NCBI GenBank assembly: GCA_043817075.1
Contig: JBDRHG010000005.1
Location: 3,120-67,119 of the forward strand
DNA from: an archaeon
GTDB lineage: Archaea; Nanobdellota; Nanobdellia; Woesearchaeales; JAADFO01
Direction: 5' to 3'
Length of the DNA: 64,000 nt
Of the stretch, positions 60,966-64,000 are shown in pieces (position 1 is the first letter of the stretch; every line of letters starts with the position of its first letter). Under the pieces are notes generated by a model that saw nothing but the letters and a program-made list of their open reading frames with translations, had not been told where the DNA came from and did not search any database. The position numbers and the translations under genes are program-made.

Positions 60966-62105
60966 ATGACGGACAAGGATTACTATGAGACCCTCGGTGT
61001 GAGCCGGGAAGCGAGCAAAGAGGAGATAAAGAAAGCGTATAAGAAGCTCGCGAAGAAATTACATCCCGATGTCAACAAAGATGACACCGCGACCGAACGC
61101 TTCAAGGAGATAAATGAAGCGGCGGCAGTGCTAGGCGATGACAAGAAACGCGAGCAGTATGACCGTTTCGGCACTACTGCCAACCATTTCTCCGATTTCT
61201 CAGGTTTCGATTTCGGCGGTGGCGGAGGCCGAGGTGGCGGAGCGAGTTTCGATTTCGATTCCATCTTCGACCAGTTCTTCGGAGGCGGTTTCTCTGGATT
61301 CAGAGGCGGAGGAAGACAAGGTCCCCGCCGTGGATCGAGTCTCCGCATGGATATGGACATCGATCTCGAAGACGCGGTGAGAGGTCTGGAGAGGACCGTG
61401 ACCATACCTAGGCAAGACACGTGCCCTACATGCCACGGCTCTGGAGCGGCCAACGAAGCAGACATCAAGACCTGCTCCACATGCGGTGGCCAGGGCGTGC
61501 AGCAGGTCACCAAACAGACACCTTTCGGAGTGTTCGCGACATCCACCACCTGCAGGGATTGCGATGGGACGGGGCAAAGGATCAAGAACCTTTGCCCAGA
61601 ATGCTCAGGCGCAGGATTGGCCCGGACGAACAAGAGAGTGACGGTGACTATCCCGCCAGGGATAGAGGACGGCAATCGCCTTAAGGTCGCTGGCGAAGGA
61701 GAGGCAGGAGAACGTGGCGCGCCTTCCGGCGATCTCTACATCATCGTGGGCATCAGACAGCATAAAGTGTTCACGCGCCGCGGCGACGACCTGCTCATCG
61801 ATGTGCCTATCTCGATCTTCACCGCCATACTCGGAGGAGAGATCGAGGTCCCGACCATTAGCGGAAAGGCCACGCTCAAGGTTACCGCAGGCACGCAGAG
61901 CCATACGGTGCTTCGCATGCGTGGCAAAGGCGTTCCACATCTCGACGGCTATGGGGAAGGCGACCAGCTGGTGCGGGTCATCGTCCACATCCCGTCGAGC
62001 CTGAAGAAGAAACAGCGGACTGCGCTCGAGAAGATGGCGAAAGACTCCGGCGAGGAGTTCAAGCCGAAGGAAGGGTTCTTCGACAGGCTACGCCATGCAT
62101 TCTAG
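60966..62105 (+). CDS. dnaJ: Chaperone DnaJ
   Basis: HPD J-domain, G/F region, four CxxCxGxG repeats. Confidence 0.97.
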   Translation: MTDKDYYETLGVSREASKEEIKKAYKKLAKKLHPDVNKDDTATERFKEINEAAAVLGDDKKREQYDRFGTTANHFSDFSGFDFGGGGGRGGGASFDFDSIFDQFFGGGFSGFRGGGRQGPRRGSSLRMDMDIDLEDAVRGLERTVTIPRQDTCPTCHGSGAANEADIKTCSTCGGQGVQQVTKQTPFGVFATSTTCRDCDGTGQRIKNLCPECSGAGLARTNKRVTVTIPPGIEDGNRLKVAGEGEAGERGAPSGDLYIIVGIRQHKVFTRRGDDLLIDVPISIFTAILGGEIEVPTISGKATLKVTAGTQSHTVLRMRGKGVPHLDGYGEGDQLVRVIVHIPSSLKKKQRTALEKMAKDSGEEFKPKEGFFDRLRHAF

Positions 62106-62156
62106 CGAGTTCTAGAAAAAAAAAAGTTCTGATTTCTAATTTTCAGTCCGACAATT

Positions 62157-62672
62157 TCAATCCATCTCTTCTGTGCGCTTGATGATGCGATCGCCGTCGA
62201 TCTCTTCTAAATACTCAGCGACCTCAGGAGGAACCTGATCATCCCATGGCGCTCCTGATTCGATGCGTCGTCGGATCTCGGTCGCGCTGATGCCTTTGAA
62301 CCGATCATGCTCTATCACTTTTTTCCCTTCAGCTGAGAACAATTTTGCGACGAGCCTGTTGTCTCCCGCATAGACCGTGTCGAACCAGGGCATGCGGTGA
62401 ATGACATTGTGCACCCATACCTCGTCGTCATGGTCGTCTTCTTTTTCCCGAATGACGACGTTGTCCAGCTTCGCCGCTGCGAGCACACGGGAGATCATCT
62501 CCTTTCGTTCCTCGAGCGAGAATGGATTGTCTTCGGTGCGGGAGTACTGCGCGCTGCCGATGAGCACGATGACATCTTCAAAATTCTCGGCAGCCTCTTT
62601 GAGAATCTGGAGATGGCCTTGATGGAACGGTTGGAATCGTCCGGGGAACAGCGCGACTGCGATCTTCATCAC
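62157..62672 (-). CDS. nadM: Nicotinamide-nucleotide adenylyltransferase
   Basis: GRFQPFHQGH, GSAQ, NPF..ER, ISATEIR. Confidence 0.92.
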   Translation of the reverse strand: MMKIAVALFPGRFQPFHQGHLQILKEAAENFEDVIVLIGSAQYSRTEDNPFSLEERKEMISRVLAAAKLDNVVIREKEDDHDDEVWVHNVIHRMPWFDTVYAGDNRLVAKLFSAEGKKVIEHDRFKGISATEIRRRIESGAPWDDQVPPEVAEYLEEIDGDRIIKRTEEMD

Positions 62673-63454
62673 CTCTTCAGCCCTGACGATATTGTCCGGG
62701 GCAGTTCACATTTATGTGCATTGGTCTCTGCGAGGGCGAGTATACGGCGTACTACATCTGGTTCGCCGACAGCGGCAGCGATGCTCTCCTCGTCCTTGCC
62801 ATCATCGTAACGTTGCCGAAGCACAGCGTCGATCACCTCATAGCTCGCGCCGATCTCTTCCTCATCTGTCTGACCAGGATGGAGGTCGGCGGTTGGTGGC
62901 GTCTCAAGTATCGCTGCCGCGATGTCAAGATGACGCCCGAGCCCATAGACCTCTCCCTTATATAGCCCACCCAATAGCTCGAAGTCCACTGCACCGTCTC
63001 CGTACTTGGTGAAATACCCCAGCAACATCTCGGTGCGGTTCGATGTGCCGCAGACGAGTTCATGATGGGTGTTGGCATGATGGTAGAGGATGACTGCACG
63101 CAGCCGAGAACATGCATTCATGTCCGCAAGCTTTGAGCCGTCCCAAGGTAATGCTCCGAAGGATCCGATGAAAGGATCAATCAGGATGGTTTGTGTCTTG
63201 ATGCCTAATGTATCTGCGAGGTTGTTGGCGTCATCTGTATGCCGTTTATCGCTCACTCCGCTATGGGGCATGATGAGACCGGTGACATTCTCCTTGCCGA
63301 GAGCCTGGACGAGGATGGCGGCGCAGACTGATGAATCGATTCCGCCAGAGAGTCCTATGACTGCCTTCTGGAACCCCGCATCAGAGAAGAATGCCTTCGT
63401 GCTCTCCACAAGACGAGCACACACTTCTTGCGAATCGAAATCCCGTCCTATCAT
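62669..63454 (-). CDS. nadE: NH3-dependent NAD+ synthetase (start uncertain)
   Basis: GLSGGIDS, GYFTKYGDG, PPTADL, QTDE. Confidence 0.95.
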   Translation of the reverse strand: MIGRDFDSQEVCARLVESTKAFFSDAGFQKAVIGLSGGIDSSVCAAILVQALGKENVTGLIMPHSGVSDKRHTDDANNLADTLGIKTQTILIDPFIGSFGALPWDGSKLADMNACSRLRAVILYHHANTHHELVCGTSNRTEMLLGYFTKYGDGAVDFELLGGLYKGEVYGLGRHLDIAAAILETPPTADLHPGQTDEEEIGASYEVIDAVLRQRYDDGKDEESIAAAVGEPDVVRRILALAETNAHKCELPRTISSGLKR

Positions 63455-63499
63455 GATTGACAGGATGGCCGCGCCCATATATATTGGTTATGGAAGAGA

Positions 63500-63907
63500 T
63501 CAACGTTCCCTGGCGACGCGCGAAGAAGAATAGATATCAGGTCGATAAGCGGCAAGCCGGACGATCTCAGATGATAGGCCACGTTTCTTCAGCTCATCCG
63601 ACAGGTCCTGAGCGAATACCACCTGGTCATAGCCAAGGCATATGACGTCGGGTCTGAAATGTTCGATCGGCGCGAACTTATCTCTATCTTCGCCTAGAAC
63701 GACCTCGTCGACTTCTGGGATGGCCTGCACCTGAGCGAGCCTTCGGTCCTGCCCATTCACAGGAGGACGACCTTTGACCGCCTCTACCGTGAGATCGCGA
63801 CCCACGACGACGACCAGATGGGTCCCGTGCTTCTTGGCCTCTGAGAAGAGGAATCGATGACCTTCATGGAGGACATCGAATGTTCCGAACACCATGACCG
63901 TTCTCAT
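63500..63907 (-). CDS. ribL: Archaeal FAD synthase / cytidylyltransferase-family protein
   Basis: FGTFDVLHEGH, PDVICLGYDQ, YSSS. Confidence 0.8.
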   Translation of the reverse strand: MRTVMVFGTFDVLHEGHRFLFSEAKKHGTHLVVVVGRDLTVEAVKGRPPVNGQDRRLAQVQAIPEVDEVVLGEDRDKFAPIEHFRPDVICLGYDQVVFAQDLSDELKKRGLSSEIVRLAAYRPDIYSSSRVARER

Positions 63908-64000
63908 GAGAAGAGGTGTGTCGCCATCGCATTTAATGGCTTCGCTCGAAGGAGCAGGGCAACATTTAAATATTCGCGACCAGGCCGCAGATTGATGCTT

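Overview
Core chromosome of an archaeon, most likely Woesearchaeota/DPANN (inferred). It has an archaeal RNAP operon with split B and split A subunits, the GINS-L44e-S27e-aIF2a-Nop10-PAC2 cluster, BHB-intron tRNAs and an S-layer gene. Alongside these are bacterial-type GroES/GroEL, GrpE-DnaK-DnaJ, type I GAPDH and iPGM. The window also carries glycolysis/gluconeogenesis genes, a complete lipoate-dependent 2-oxoacid dehydrogenase locus, a complete de novo NAD pathway and four tRNAs. I found no CRISPR array, transposase or integrase. The best signals are non-coding. (1) A 23-bp near-palindromic site (21/23 identical) lies at almost the same TATA-relative position in front of both chaperone operons, next to a divergent orphan wHTH gene: a candidate undescribed heat-shock regulon. 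(2) A covarying RNA motif occurs three times around tRNA-Leu. (3) Two structured RNA-like elements flank tfe. Protein oddities include a P2A-like ATPase with PEG changed to PSG, a heavily remodelled PGK, an APC transporter-methyltransferase fusion, a single-domain Hel308-like protein and a probable ATC start for E1-alpha. All calls come from reading the sequence; no searches were run.
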